DNA of 64,000 nt from an uncultured virus (IMG/VR IMGVR_UViG_3300025133_008129). Its lineage: Duplodnaviria > Heunggongvirae > Uroviricota > Caudoviricetes. The position numbers were made by a program, and so were the translations under genes. The number at the start of each line of letters is the position of its first letter. Positions within the stretch are counted from its first letter, which is position 1. Below the pieces are notes generated by a model. That model was not told the DNA's origin, did no database searches, and saw only the letters and a program-made list of their open reading frames with translations. Positions 1 to 8,688 of this stretch are shown here, piece after piece. Where the stretch lies: IMG/VR virus record IMGVR_UViG_3300025133_008129, one strand, 5' to 3'.

Positions 1-108
1 GCTCGAGTGCAGGTCTCTGCCGGTGATATAATCAAACTAAACCCATATCTCGGTGGCTGGACCGCTTCTGTTCAGACTGAAAATGGTACCTTAACGTTTG
101 ACGCGTAG
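1..108 (+). CDS. 3' end of a hypothetical protein (partial, runs in from the left edge)
   Basis: Frame 1 is open from base 1 (ARVQVSAGDIIKLNPYLGGWTASVQTENGTLTFDA) to TAG at 106-108. Confidence 0.55.
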   Translation, partial: ARVQVSAGDIIKLNPYLGGWTASVQTENGTLTFDA

Positions 109-115
109 CCGGCGC

Positions 116-266
116 TGCTCTGCTCGCCTGTAAGCAGAAGGGGGAGCACCCGACCCAAACGTAGGTGCGGTTGTAGGTAGGCCTAAAACCTTCAGTTCAT
201 TCTCTGAGAACTATATAGTTAGAGAGAGCATGCTGGCGATGCTCGAAGGCAATCAAAAACCAGCAC
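116..266 (+). ncRNA. candidate structured RNA or tRNA-operon leader with five consecutive hairpins
   Basis: Stems TCTGCT/AGCAGA (119-138), GCACC/GGTGC (146-168), GGTT-TAGG/CCTA-AACC (169-190), TCTCT..AACTAT/ATAGTT..AGAGA (201-225) and TGCTGG/CCAGCA (231-265); GC-richer than the flanks; no ORF. Confidence 0.4.
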
Positions 267-270
267 TCAT

Positions 271-347
271 TGGGGTGAGGCGACACAGGCAGTCGCACCG
301 GGTTGTTACCCCGGCCGTTGTTGGTTCGAGTCCAACCGCCCCAGCCA
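271..347 (+). tRNA. tRNA-Asn(GTT) with an atypical D-arm
   Basis: Acceptor TGGGGTG/CGCCCCA, D-stem GCGAC/GTCGC, anticodon stem CCGGG/CCCGG with loop TT-GTT-AC, T-arm GTTGG-TTCGAGT-CCAAC, discriminator G, encoded CCA. Confidence 0.9.
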
Positions 348-351
348 TCTT

Positions 352-391
352 GCGGGAGTAGTTCAACGGTAGAATCCCATTCCCCGCTCCA
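352..391 (+). pseudogene. internally deleted tRNA-Gly-like element (acceptor stem + D-arm + CCA, no anticodon arm)
   Basis: GCGGGAG-TA-GTTCAACGGTAGAAT is joined directly to CCCAT-TCCCCGC-T-CCA; the ends are typical of bacterial tRNA-Gly (G1-C72, C2-G71, G3-C70, U73). Confidence 0.75.
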
Positions 392-419
392 TTTTACAAT
401 TTACAACATAGTTACTTAT

Positions 420-572
420 GTGAAGAACGTAACCGAACTTTTAATTTTAGCAATGTCAATGTTCTTGGCGGCGTTTTTCTGTATGCGCATGTTATTTATT
501 CCTCAGAACACCACATATAAAGCTATAGAAAAAATTTATGAAGTCGAAGAAACAATATCGGAAGGGCGATAG
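420..572 (+). CDS. small putative membrane protein
   Basis: GTG start after the tRNAs; hydrophobic stretch LLILAMSMFLAAFFCMRMLFI; this is the 3' part of ORF 303..572. Confidence 0.35.
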   Translation: MKNVTELLILAMSMFLAAFFCMRMLFIPQNTTYKAIEKIYEVEETISEGR

Positions 573-786
573 GGTTCTTGTAAAATCCCATGCGGGCCCA
601 AAGGTGTGTGTGAAACTGAAAAAACGCATACTTAAGCCGAAGAAAGGCTGGGGCGCCGATGGCTGGGATGCACAAATAATCTACAAAAAAGATGTTGAAA
701 AATTGCGTAAATGTGGTGTTCCATATAAAAAGGGAGAGAAGCCCGTGGTGTTTGTGTTTGATCACCATATAATAAGAAAATGCTAA
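538..786 (+). CDS. small basic hypothetical protein (KOW/SH3-like, KGDRVLV)
   Basis: 82-aa ORF, ATG start, KOW-like motif. Confidence 0.7.
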   Translation: MKSKKQYRKGDRVLVKSHAGPKVCVKLKKRILKPKKGWGADGWDAQIIYKKDVEKLRKCGVPYKKGEKPVVFVFDHHIIRKC

Positions 787-798
787 GCTATATATTAC

Positions 799-1068
799 AT
801 GGATTCCGATGAGCACAACCAACGGTTTGATTATGAAATTGGTGATATCGTTACGGAAAGTGAATATATCATCCCGCCCGGAAGAAAACCATGGGTTGGG
901 ATGGTTGTAGGAATAGATGTTGATCATTATGAGCTTCATTCTTTTATTGGTATATTCGAAGATCTAGTGATGATCCACTGGCTCAAGCCAGATCTTGTAG
1001 AAGCGCTCCCGGCCAGCGTTTTAAAGATGGTTCAGAAAGTCGCCGAAAAAGAAGAAGATAAAATTTGA
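799..1068 (+). CDS. small hypothetical protein (KOW/SH3-like, EIGDIV)
   Basis: 89-aa ORF in tandem with similar small ORFs. Confidence 0.7.
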   Translation: MDSDEHNQRFDYEIGDIVTESEYIIPPGRKPWVGMVVGIDVDHYELHSFIGIFEDLVMIHWLKPDLVEALPASVLKMVQKVAEKEEDKI

Positions 1069-1092
1069 CTTTTAAACAAGAAATGTTATGGT
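1065..1092 (+). promoter_or_regulatory. putative sigma70-type promoter
   Basis: TTGACT at 1065-1070, 16-bp spacer, TGn-TATGGT at 1084-1092, upstream of ORF 1100. Confidence 0.45.
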
Positions 1093-1099
1093 ATTATAA

Positions 1100-1312
1100 A
1101 TGAAAGTTGGTGATTTAGTATGCCGAAAATATGTAAGCAGCAAACAAAAGCAAAGAGTTTTAAAATTTAATCCCAACATAAAAAACACCGGTGTCATAAC
1201 TAAGATCGATGAAAAAAACAATCTGTGCGCAGTGTGGTTCAGAGACGGTATAGAAGAGGTTATATTTCCAATATCCGGTGATTATTTAAAAATTATAAGC
1301 GAAAGTAACTAA
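1100..1312 (+). CDS. small hypothetical protein (MKVGDLV KOW/SH3-like)
   Basis: 70-aa ORF with an MKVGDLV..GVITKI pattern common in small phage proteins. Confidence 0.75.
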   Translation: MKVGDLVCRKYVSSKQKQRVLKFNPNIKNTGVITKIDEKNNLCAVWFRDGIEEVIFPISGDYLKIISESN

Positions 1313-1334
1313 TTATATTAGTTTAAAAAGCGCG

Positions 1335-1345
1335 AACTATTTATA
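1335..1345 (+). promoter_or_regulatory. putative phage-specific promoter motif AACTATTTATA
   Basis: The CTA(T/A)TTA core recurs just upstream of several genes (1307, 1335, 34903, 54252, 61500, 61518). Confidence 0.45.
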
Positions 1346-1361
1346 GGTATATAGAGGGTAT

Positions 1362-2702
1362 ATGTCAGAAAAAAAGAATTATGTGTTAGATACTAGTGTA
1401 TATTTAACAGATGCAAATTCAATATTTAAGTTTGGTGAAAATGATGTTTATATTCCACTTAAAGTGTTAGAAGAAATAGACAAACACAAAACGCGACAAG
1501 ACTCAGTTGGAACAAACGCTCGCCACCTTATCCGAACTCTTGATAATCTCAGAGAAAGGGGAAATTTAGAAGAGGGAGTTCCACTTAATGAAGAAAAAAG
1601 AAGTGGAACACTGAGAGTTATATCATATGCATGCTTACAAAAAGTGGTTTTCCCAGCCGACTTAGATATGCGTATTCCAGATCATATTATTATAGCGACC
1701 GCGATGGCAGTACGAGGGAAGAATAAAAATAAAACGATAGTAGTAAGTCGCGACATTAACATGCGCGTTATTTGTGATTCTATTGGCTTGGAGGCTCAAG
1801 ACTATATTTCTGAAGAGGCAGTTAATTCATCAGATGAATTATATACTGGGTTTGTTATACATGCTGTAGATGAGCAAGTCGTTGATCAATTTTATGATGG
1901 CGAAGACATTTTTATTGACAAAGAAGAAACAGATGAATTGTGGTTTCCTAACCAATATATAATGTTAGTCTCTAATTCAAACGAGAAGAAATCTGCACTA
2001 GCAAAGTTTATAAACCACCGTAAGCCATTGGGAAAAGTGATATATAAGAAAATACCAGATTGGAAGATTGACGCTCGTAATAAAGAGCAGGCATTTGCTA
2101 TCGATATGCTGATGGACCCCGATATAAAGATTGTGTCCTTAATCGGCCGTGCTGGTAGTGGGAAGACACTTATGGCTATAGCCAGTGGTTTGCAGCAGAC
2201 GATAGGATTAAGAGCCGAGAGCAACCACTACGACCGCCTTATTGTATCACGTCCTATACAGCCGCTTGGAAAGGACATCGGATTTCTACCAGGAACAATG
2301 GAAGAGAAGATGCTTCCTTGGCTGATGCCTATTCAAGATAATCTTAAGTTCTTAATGGGCGATAAAACATCCTTAGAAATGTACATGGACAAAGGTAAAA
2401 TTGAAATAGAAGCCCTAACATACATCCGCGGCCGATCGATCGCTAATGCGTTTATTATCATTGATGAAGCTCAGAATCTTACCAAACATGAAATAAAAAC
2501 GATCATCACTCGCATCGGCGAGGGAACTAAGATTATTTTGACGGGCGATGTAGAACAAATTGATAATGTATATGTTAATGAAACATCTAATGGGTTAGTA
2601 CATGCTGTAGAAAAGTTCAAAGAGTACGCAATTGCCGGCCACATGACGTTCCGAAAGGGAGAACGTAGCGAATTAGCTACATTAGCATCAAAAATATTAT
2701 AG
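1362..2702 (+). CDS. phoH: PhoH-family protein (N-terminal PIN domain + PhoH ATPase)
   Basis: YVLDTSV PIN start, D-HII and SRDINMR PIN motifs, Walker A GRAGSGKT, GFLPG, YIRGRS, IIDEAQN, LTGD-EQID, ERS. Confidence 0.95.
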   Translation: MSEKKNYVLDTSVYLTDANSIFKFGENDVYIPLKVLEEIDKHKTRQDSVGTNARHLIRTLDNLRERGNLEEGVPLNEEKRSGTLRVISYACLQKVVFPADLDMRIPDHIIIATAMAVRGKNKNKTIVVSRDINMRVICDSIGLEAQDYISEEAVNSSDELYTGFVIHAVDEQVVDQFYDGEDIFIDKEETDELWFPNQYIMLVSNSNEKKSALAKFINHRKPLGKVIYKKIPDWKIDARNKEQAFAIDMLMDPDIKIVSLIGRAGSGKTLMAIASGLQQTIGLRAESNHYDRLIVSRPIQPLGKDIGFLPGTMEEKMLPWLMPIQDNLKFLMGDKTSLEMYMDKGKIEIEALTYIRGRSIANAFIIIDEAQNLTKHEIKTIITRIGEGTKIILTGDVEQIDNVYVNETSNGLVHAVEKFKEYAIAGHMTFRKGERSELATLASKIL

Positions 2703-2728
2703 ACATTAACATAAATATGTGTTAATAT
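2700..2728 (+). promoter_or_regulatory. putative sigma70-type promoter overlapping an inverted repeat
   Basis: TAGACA, 17-bp spacer, TAATAT preceded by TGn; ATTAACA..TGTTAAT dyad; AGGAG RBS before 2748. Confidence 0.5.
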
Positions 2729-2747
2729 AAACAAACAAGGAGAAAAC

Positions 2748-3032
2748 ATGTCTGAAAAAAATATAGAAAAAATAATGACCGAAGAAGAGATCCACAAAAA
2801 CCCGCTTATTGGGATGACTGTAGAAAAGGACTCCGAGCTAAAAAGTTTTTTGGTTGAATATGTAGGAACAAAACTCGATAAGGATGAGGTTACTGTGCAT
2901 ATGATCTCGGAAGTACTAGCACACGATTTCCCAGAGTTTGCTTACGCCTTCGCCGAAGAAAACTTTATTAGAGGATATCAGTTAGGACTTGATGATGCAT
3001 TTAAAAGACCTGAAACAGAAACACCGAAATAA
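2748..3032 (+). CDS. hypothetical protein
   Basis: 94-aa ORF with AGGAG RBS. Confidence 0.8.
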   Translation: MSEKNIEKIMTEEEIHKNPLIGMTVEKDSELKSFLVEYVGTKLDKDEVTVHMISEVLAHDFPEFAYAFAEENFIRGYQLGLDDAFKRPETETPK

Positions 3033-3684
3033 TAGAAATTTTTATACTAATGGCGGCCTACGAGTATATGTAGAAAAACCACCAATAGAAGAAGATATTG
3101 ATTTAGAAAGAATCGTATCTAAGTATGAAAGCATCTTGTCTCCACATTTAAGGGCCGAGATAGAAATGGTTATAATTGGTTGGTTTAAAGAATTTGAAGA
3201 ACGCTCTATTAGTGCTTTTTATGATTCTGGTACATTATTTATATCACACGCCCAAAGCAGTGAAGAAGATATTATAACTGATATGATTCACGAAACCTCT
3301 CATTCTATAGAAGTCGCTCATGGATATCAAATTTATGGAGACAAAAAAATAGAAGAAGAGTTTCTTACAAAAAGAAAACATCTCCATGATTTATTGTGGT
3401 CTATGGGATATAAGGTACCGCTATCTGTTTTTATGGAAACTGAATATAATGAAGAACTCGATATGTTCCTTCTTCAAGAAGTAGGATACGAAAAATTAAC
3501 GAGTATCGTGCAGGGTATGTTTATATCAGCCTACTCGCCAACATCATTAAGGGAATACTTTGCTACAGGATTTACTGATTTCTATTCAAACAGAAATCAT
3601 AAATATCTTCAAAAAGTAAGTCCTGCCTTATATGAGAAGCTTATTTTGTTACATGACGAAGAAAAGCTTGACAATCAATACTAA
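2989..3684 (+). CDS. putative zincin-like metalloprotein (HExxH)
   Basis: MIHETSHSI motif plus downstream SLREYFA, resembling the HExxH..E-Y/F-F-A arrangement of lethal-factor-like zincins; start uncertain (2989-2995). Confidence 0.6.
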   Translation: MMMHLKDLKQKHRNNRNFYTNGGLRVYVEKPPIEEDIDLERIVSKYESILSPHLRAEIEMVIIGWFKEFEERSISAFYDSGTLFISHAQSSEEDIITDMIHETSHSIEVAHGYQIYGDKKIEEEFLTKRKHLHDLLWSMGYKVPLSVFMETEYNEELDMFLLQEVGYEKLTSIVQGMFISAYSPTSLREYFATGFTDFYSNRNHKYLQKVSPALYEKLILLHDEEKLDNQY

Positions 3685-3696
3685 AATGGTTATATT
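3668..3696 (+). promoter_or_regulatory. sigma70-type promoter
   Basis: Perfect TTGACA (3668-3673), 17-bp spacer, TATATT (3691-3696); GGAGG RBS before 3717. Confidence 0.7.
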
Positions 3697-3716
3697 ATAG
3701 TAATATAACTGGAGGG

Positions 3717-4487
3717 ATGATGTCACACATATCCTACTCGGAACTCAAGGACTGGGCATTCTGCCCTTTTTACCACAAGCTCACACGCCTCGATAAGATC
3801 GATGGATTCAAAGGCAATGCATATACTGCCTTTGGAAGTGCTATCCACTCTGTATGTGAAAAAAAGCTTTTACATGAAGCTGTCAATGACGATTTTTTTG
3901 TACAAGAGTTTGAAAAGAACATAAAGTCTCTTGATGATGACATCGACGTTAGTGAAAAATTAGTAAATGATATGGTAGGTCAAGGGAAGGAAATCATCCC
4001 CGAAATTGAGGATGCGCTAACTGACTATTTTGAAGAGTTTGAAGTAATGGCAGTTGAAATGCCACTTATGGAAACTATCGAGAACGATGATAAACTTTTT
4101 AAGGGTTATATTGACGCCGTCGTTGCCACTCCTGACGGAAAAATTCATATATTTGATTGGAAGACATGTTCTTGGGGTTGGGACGCGAAGAAAAAGAGTG
4201 ACAAGCTTGTGACGTACCAGCTTACGTTGTACAAACACTTTTTTTGCCAAAAGATGGGGGTTGATCCAAAGGACGTCGAGACACATTTTGCACTACTTAA
4301 ACGTACAGCCAAGAAAAACAGAGTTGAGTTCTTCAGAGTAACAAGCGGAACGAAAAAAACTGAAAATGCTCTTAAACTTTTGAGAACCGCATTGTACAAT
4401 ATTAAAAATAAGCGAAGTATTAAAAATCGCTTATCCTGTACCGGTGGGTATGGCTGTAAATTTTATAAGACAGAACACTGTCCATGA
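3717..4487 (+). CDS. PD-(D/E)xK (RecB/Cas4-like) nuclease, probably with an Fe-S staple
   Basis: ISYS..CP, FGSAIH, E-x-x-L, GYID..IFDWKT, QL-LY; one N-terminal Cys and three C-terminal Cys (CTGGYGCKFYKTEHCP). Confidence 0.85.
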   Translation: MMSHISYSELKDWAFCPFYHKLTRLDKIDGFKGNAYTAFGSAIHSVCEKKLLHEAVNDDFFVQEFEKNIKSLDDDIDVSEKLVNDMVGQGKEIIPEIEDALTDYFEEFEVMAVEMPLMETIENDDKLFKGYIDAVVATPDGKIHIFDWKTCSWGWDAKKKSDKLVTYQLTLYKHFFCQKMGVDPKDVETHFALLKRTAKKNRVEFFRVTSGTKKTENALKLLRTALYNIKNKRSIKNRLSCTGGYGCKFYKTEHCP

Positions 4488-4494
4488 GGAAAAA

Positions 4495-5778
4495 ATGAAA
4501 AAAAAGAAAATTCTGGTTCTAAGTGATCACCCGCTCTCTCCGTCCGGAGTTGGGACACAAACAAAATATATGATTGAGGCTCTGCTTAAAACAGGTAGAT
4601 ATAAAGTAGTGTGTCTCGGCGGCGCTATTAAACATCATGATTATTCTCCACAAAAGGTGAGTCCTTACGAAGATGATTGGGTTATATATCCTATCGATGG
4701 CTATGGCAATCATGAGACAATTAGATCTGTCTTACAAAAAGAAAAACCAGATGTATTATGGTTCATGACCGATCCTAGATTCTATGGTTGGTTATGGGAG
4801 ATAGAGAATGAAGTAAGAGCAAATATACCCATGGTATATTATCATGTTTGGGATAACTTCCCAGCGCCATTTTTTAATGCGCCGTTCTATCAATCAACTG
4901 ATGAAGTGGTATGTATATCAAAAGTAACCCATGAAATTTTAAAGGTTACAGCACCCGATGTTTCAAGCCAATACTTGCCCCATGCAGTTAATTATAGCAT
5001 GTTCCATCCGTATAAAACAGCAGAAGAAAAAGTGATAACACAGACTATAAAAGAAAGAATTTTCAATGCATCAGAAAATTTTAAAAACCCTAACAAAAAA
5101 ATCTTCTTCTGGAACAACAGAAACGCTAGAAGAAAACAACCAGGCACTCTAATTTGGTGGTTTAAAGAATTTTTAGACGAAGTCGGACACGACAAAGCAA
5201 CTCTTTTAATGCATACAGATGCGAGAGACCCACACGGTCAAGATTTACCACACTTAATAGAACATTTAGGCATCAGTGATGGGCAAGTGCTGCTATCAAC
5301 TGAGAAAGTAAGTTCTGAAGAATTAGCAAACTTATACAATGTGTGTGATTATACAATTAATATTTCTGATGCGGAAGGATTTGGTTTGGCGACGTTAGAA
5401 TCATTGTCTTGTGGAACTCCAATTATAGTTAATATGACTGGTGGATTACAAGAACAAGTAACAAATGGAAAGGATTGGTTTGGATGGGGCATCCAACCTT
5501 CTTCTAAATCAGTGATCGGCTCTTTACAAGTTCCTTACATTTTTGAAGATAGAATCAGTAAAGAGGACTTTATTAATATTTTAAAGAAAGCAATAAATGT
5601 TAGCCCCAAGGCTTATAAAAGAATGTCAACCCAAGGCAATGCCCATGTTATGGAAAATTATAACTTTGAGGATTATGAAAAAAATTGGGTCAAAACTATA
5701 GACGATGTTATTAAGAGACATGGCTCATGGGAAACAAGAAAAAATTATAAACGTTGGCATCTGATGGAGGTTGCATGA
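4495..5778 (+). CDS. glycosyltransferase, GT4-like (GT-B)
   Basis: SGVG N-terminal motif, NRNARRK, EGFGLATLESLSCGTP; ATG at 4495 follows a GAGG RBS. Confidence 0.92.
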   Translation: MKKKKILVLSDHPLSPSGVGTQTKYMIEALLKTGRYKVVCLGGAIKHHDYSPQKVSPYEDDWVIYPIDGYGNHETIRSVLQKEKPDVLWFMTDPRFYGWLWEIENEVRANIPMVYYHVWDNFPAPFFNAPFYQSTDEVVCISKVTHEILKVTAPDVSSQYLPHAVNYSMFHPYKTAEEKVITQTIKERIFNASENFKNPNKKIFFWNNRNARRKQPGTLIWWFKEFLDEVGHDKATLLMHTDARDPHGQDLPHLIEHLGISDGQVLLSTEKVSSEELANLYNVCDYTINISDAEGFGLATLESLSCGTPIIVNMTGGLQEQVTNGKDWFGWGIQPSSKSVIGSLQVPYIFEDRISKEDFINILKKAINVSPKAYKRMSTQGNAHVMENYNFEDYEKNWVKTIDDVIKRHGSWETRKNYKRWHLMEVA

Positions 5779-7037
5779 AAAAGAAAATTTTATTCAAGGC
5801 GCCAGTTTTAACTCGCTCCGGATACGGAGAACAATCGCGGTTTGCACTAAGATCTCTTAGAAGCAGGGAAGATATATTCGATATCTATATACAACCTTTA
5901 CAATGGGGAGCCACATCGTGGATTAATACGATGGACGAGGAGCGATTATGGATTGATCAAATAATCGAGAAAACAATCGCGTTTATACAGCAGGGAGGAA
6001 AATTTGATATGTCCTTTCAAGTTACAATCCCTAATGAATGGGAGAGAGTCGCCCCGATCAATATTGGATACACTGCCGGTATAGAAACAACTAAAGTAGC
6101 ACATCAGTGGATTGATCGTGGAAATATAATGGATAAAATTATAGTTGTTTCAAACCACTCGAAAAATACATTTAAGGATACAGTATATCAGGCCGTCAAT
6201 GAAGAAACAAAAGAACAAATAGAGTTTCAACTGAAAACTGAAATAGATGTTGTAAATTATCCGGCTAAACAATATAATGATCTGCCAGAAATTGAATTAG
6301 AATTAAAACATGACATAAATTTTGTTTCAATAGCCCAACTAGGCCCAAGAAAAAATCTTCCAAATACAGTAAAATGGTTTGTAGAAGAATTTAAAGATGA
6401 TGAAATTGGTTTAATTTTAAAAACTAATTTAGCAAAAAATTGTCATATGGATCGATTAAATGTTTTCAATCAATTAACGGGGATGCTGTCAAATTACAAA
6501 GATAGAAAGTGTAGTGTTTATCTGCTCCATGGTGACATGGAAGATGATGAAGTTCATTCCATTTACAACCACGATAAAGTAAAGGCACTTGTTAGTCTGG
6601 CTCATGGAGAAGGATTTGGATTGCCAATATTTGAAGCAACCTATTCTGGAATGCCAGTAATCTGTAACGGTTGGTCCGGACAGTGCGATTTCATATATGA
6701 TGAAGAGGGAACAGCAGGATTTTACAGTGTGTCGTATGACATGAACCAAGTACAGCCAGAAGTTGTGTGGGATGGAGTTCTAATTAAAGAATCTATGTGG
6801 GCATACTCTAGAGAACACTCAGCAAAGAAACAGATGAGAGAGTGTTATAATGATATAAAAGATCAAAAAGAAGGAAGTATCGCTTTAAACTCAAAATCAT
6901 TTGGAGCCTATACACAAGAGAGATTCTCGAAAGATAAACAATATGAAAAGATGGTTAATGCACTACTACCATTTATAGACTCTGAGGAAGACAAAAAGTG
7001 GCGTGATGTATTAGATCAAGTAGTGGAGTATGAGTAA
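5775..7037 (+). CDS. glycosyltransferase, GT4-like (GT-B)
   Basis: SGYG, RKN, GEGFGLPIFEA..GMPVI; ATGA overlap with the previous gene and GGAGG RBS. Confidence 0.92.
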   Translation: MKKKILFKAPVLTRSGYGEQSRFALRSLRSREDIFDIYIQPLQWGATSWINTMDEERLWIDQIIEKTIAFIQQGGKFDMSFQVTIPNEWERVAPINIGYTAGIETTKVAHQWIDRGNIMDKIIVVSNHSKNTFKDTVYQAVNEETKEQIEFQLKTEIDVVNYPAKQYNDLPEIELELKHDINFVSIAQLGPRKNLPNTVKWFVEEFKDDEIGLILKTNLAKNCHMDRLNVFNQLTGMLSNYKDRKCSVYLLHGDMEDDEVHSIYNHDKVKALVSLAHGEGFGLPIFEATYSGMPVICNGWSGQCDFIYDEEGTAGFYSVSYDMNQVQPEVVWDGVLIKESMWAYSREHSAKKQMRECYNDIKDQKEGSIALNSKSFGAYTQERFSKDKQYEKMVNALLPFIDSEEDKKWRDVLDQVVEYE

Positions 7038-8688
7038 GAAAGTAATATTTATCTCTGATTTCTTTATCAATGAAATCTGTGGTGGTGCCGAATTCTGTAA
7101 TGATGCTTTAATTAATTCTTTAAAGCATCGTTTTACAATTAAACAACATAAATCGAAATCGATAACACCGGAGTTTATTCGTACCAATAACGATTGCTTT
7201 TTTATAATTGCTAATTTCTTTATGCTAACTGAACAGTGTAAAGAAGAATTAGCTAACGTAACATATGTTATATTTGAGCATGATCACAAATATATTAGGT
7301 CAAATAACCCAGCGCTGTATAAAAATTTTTTAGCACCAGAAAGTCAATTACAAAACAAACAGTTTTTTAAAAATGCATTAGCGGTGATATGTCAAAGCAA
7401 GAAGCACGCAGAAGTAGTACAGAAAAACCTATTATTAACTAATGTAGTTAATTCAGCTGGGAATATCTGGACCGACGAACAAATTAGTATATTAGAAGCT
7501 AATATCGATAATGAAAAAGATATAGAATACGCGGTTTTAAACTCACAAAACAGAAACAAAGGCATGCCAGCCGCAATTGAATACTGTAAAAGAAAATCAA
7601 TTGAGTTTCAGTTCCTTAACCCAGCACCATTCGACGAATATATAAGAAGTATATCTAAGATAAAACATTTAGTATTTCTTCCACAATGGTTAGAATCATA
7701 TAGTAGGCTAGCTATAGAGGCACGAATATTAGGGTGCAAGCTAATAACCAACGGCCTCCTCGGCGCCGCTAGCGAAGATTACTTTCAATTATCCGGCCGG
7801 GAACTATTGGAATATATCGTAGGAAATAATAATAGAATTATTAAAAACTGGACAAAACTAATTGAATCTGAGACAGCGATTTTTATAGAGCAAATAGAGC
7901 TTCCAAAAATAACGGTGTTTTGCCCCATTTATAATGCAGAAAAATATATTGTTAATTTCTTAGATGATATGAAAAGACAAACAATATTTGATAACTGCGA
8001 ACTAATAATAATAAATGCGAATTCACCACAAAATGAAGATGAGCCTATCAACGCGTTTAAAAAGCAAAACAAAAATGTAGTATATAAGAAATTAAATTAT
8101 AGAGCTACTGTTATGGAAACAGAAAATATGGCCATCAAAATGGCCAAGGGAGAGTTCTTTGCACAGTGCTGTGTCGACGACGCACACTCTATAGATTATT
8201 TAGAGACATTGGCCAAACATCTACACTTCGCGGAAGATGTTGATTTGGTGTATGCTGACTGCTTACAAACTACGCGCCCTCTTGAATCATTCGAGAACAA
8301 TTCTTCAAACGGAAAACTATATGAGCATTCTATTAATACGTTCTCCCGAGAAAACATGATTAAGTGTCTGCCCGGCCCCATGCCTATGTGGAAAAAAGAA
8401 GTTCATGCCAAGAGTGGATATTTTAATGAGTCTATGGCTCATGCTGGAGATTGGGACATGTTTTTAAGGATGGTCCACGCGGGATCAAAATTTAAAAAGA
8501 TTGATAGGCCTCTAGGACTTTATTATTATAACTCAGAAGGCTTATCAACTAGCCCAGAGTATTCTATGAAAAGAGGTCGCGAAGAGGCAAAGGTTTTTTT
8601 TGATAATAAAGAAATCTTTGGAGAACAAAATTATAAAAGATACGAAGAGTATTTTAAACAATTCTTAAAGGAAGAGATAAATGAGTGA
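7030..8688 (+). CDS. two-domain glycosyltransferase (GT-B-like N-terminus + GT2 C-terminus)
   Basis: GGAE and ESYSRLAIEA..GC in the N-half; ITVFCPIYNAEKYI, ELIIIN, CVDD, GDWDMFLR in the C-half. Confidence 0.88.
   Translation: MSKKVIFISDFFINEICGGAEFCNDALINSLKHRFTIKQHKSKSITPEFIRTNNDCFFIIANFFMLTEQCKEELANVTYVIFEHDHKYIRSNNPALYKNFLAPESQLQNKQFFKNALAVICQSKKHAEVVQKNLLLTNVVNSAGNIWTDEQISILEANIDNEKDIEYAVLNSQNRNKGMPAAIEYCKRKSIEFQFLNPAPFDEYIRSISKIKHLVFLPQWLESYSRLAIEARILGCKLITNGLLGAASEDYFQLSGRELLEYIVGNNNRIIKNWTKLIESETAIFIEQIELPKITVFCPIYNAEKYIVNFLDDMKRQTIFDNCELIIINANSPQNEDEPINAFKKQNKNVVYKKLNYRATVMETENMAIKMAKGEFFAQCCVDDAHSIDYLETLAKHLHFAEDVDLVYADCLQTTRPLESFENNSSNGKLYEHSINTFSRENMIKCLPGPMPMWKKEVHAKSGYFNESMAHAGDWDMFLRMVHAGSKFKKIDRPLGLYYYNSEGLSTSPEYSMKRGREEAKVFFDNKEIFGEQNYKRYEEYFKQFLKEEINE

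Noticed and set aside
303..419. 5' part of ORF 303..572 as coding sequence
   Set aside because: It overlaps tRNA-Asn and the tRNA-Gly remnant; only the part from GTG 420 is plausible.
3717..4487. CRISPR-Cas system
   Set aside because: Only a solo Cas4-like nuclease is present; no repeat-spacer array or other cas genes are seen.
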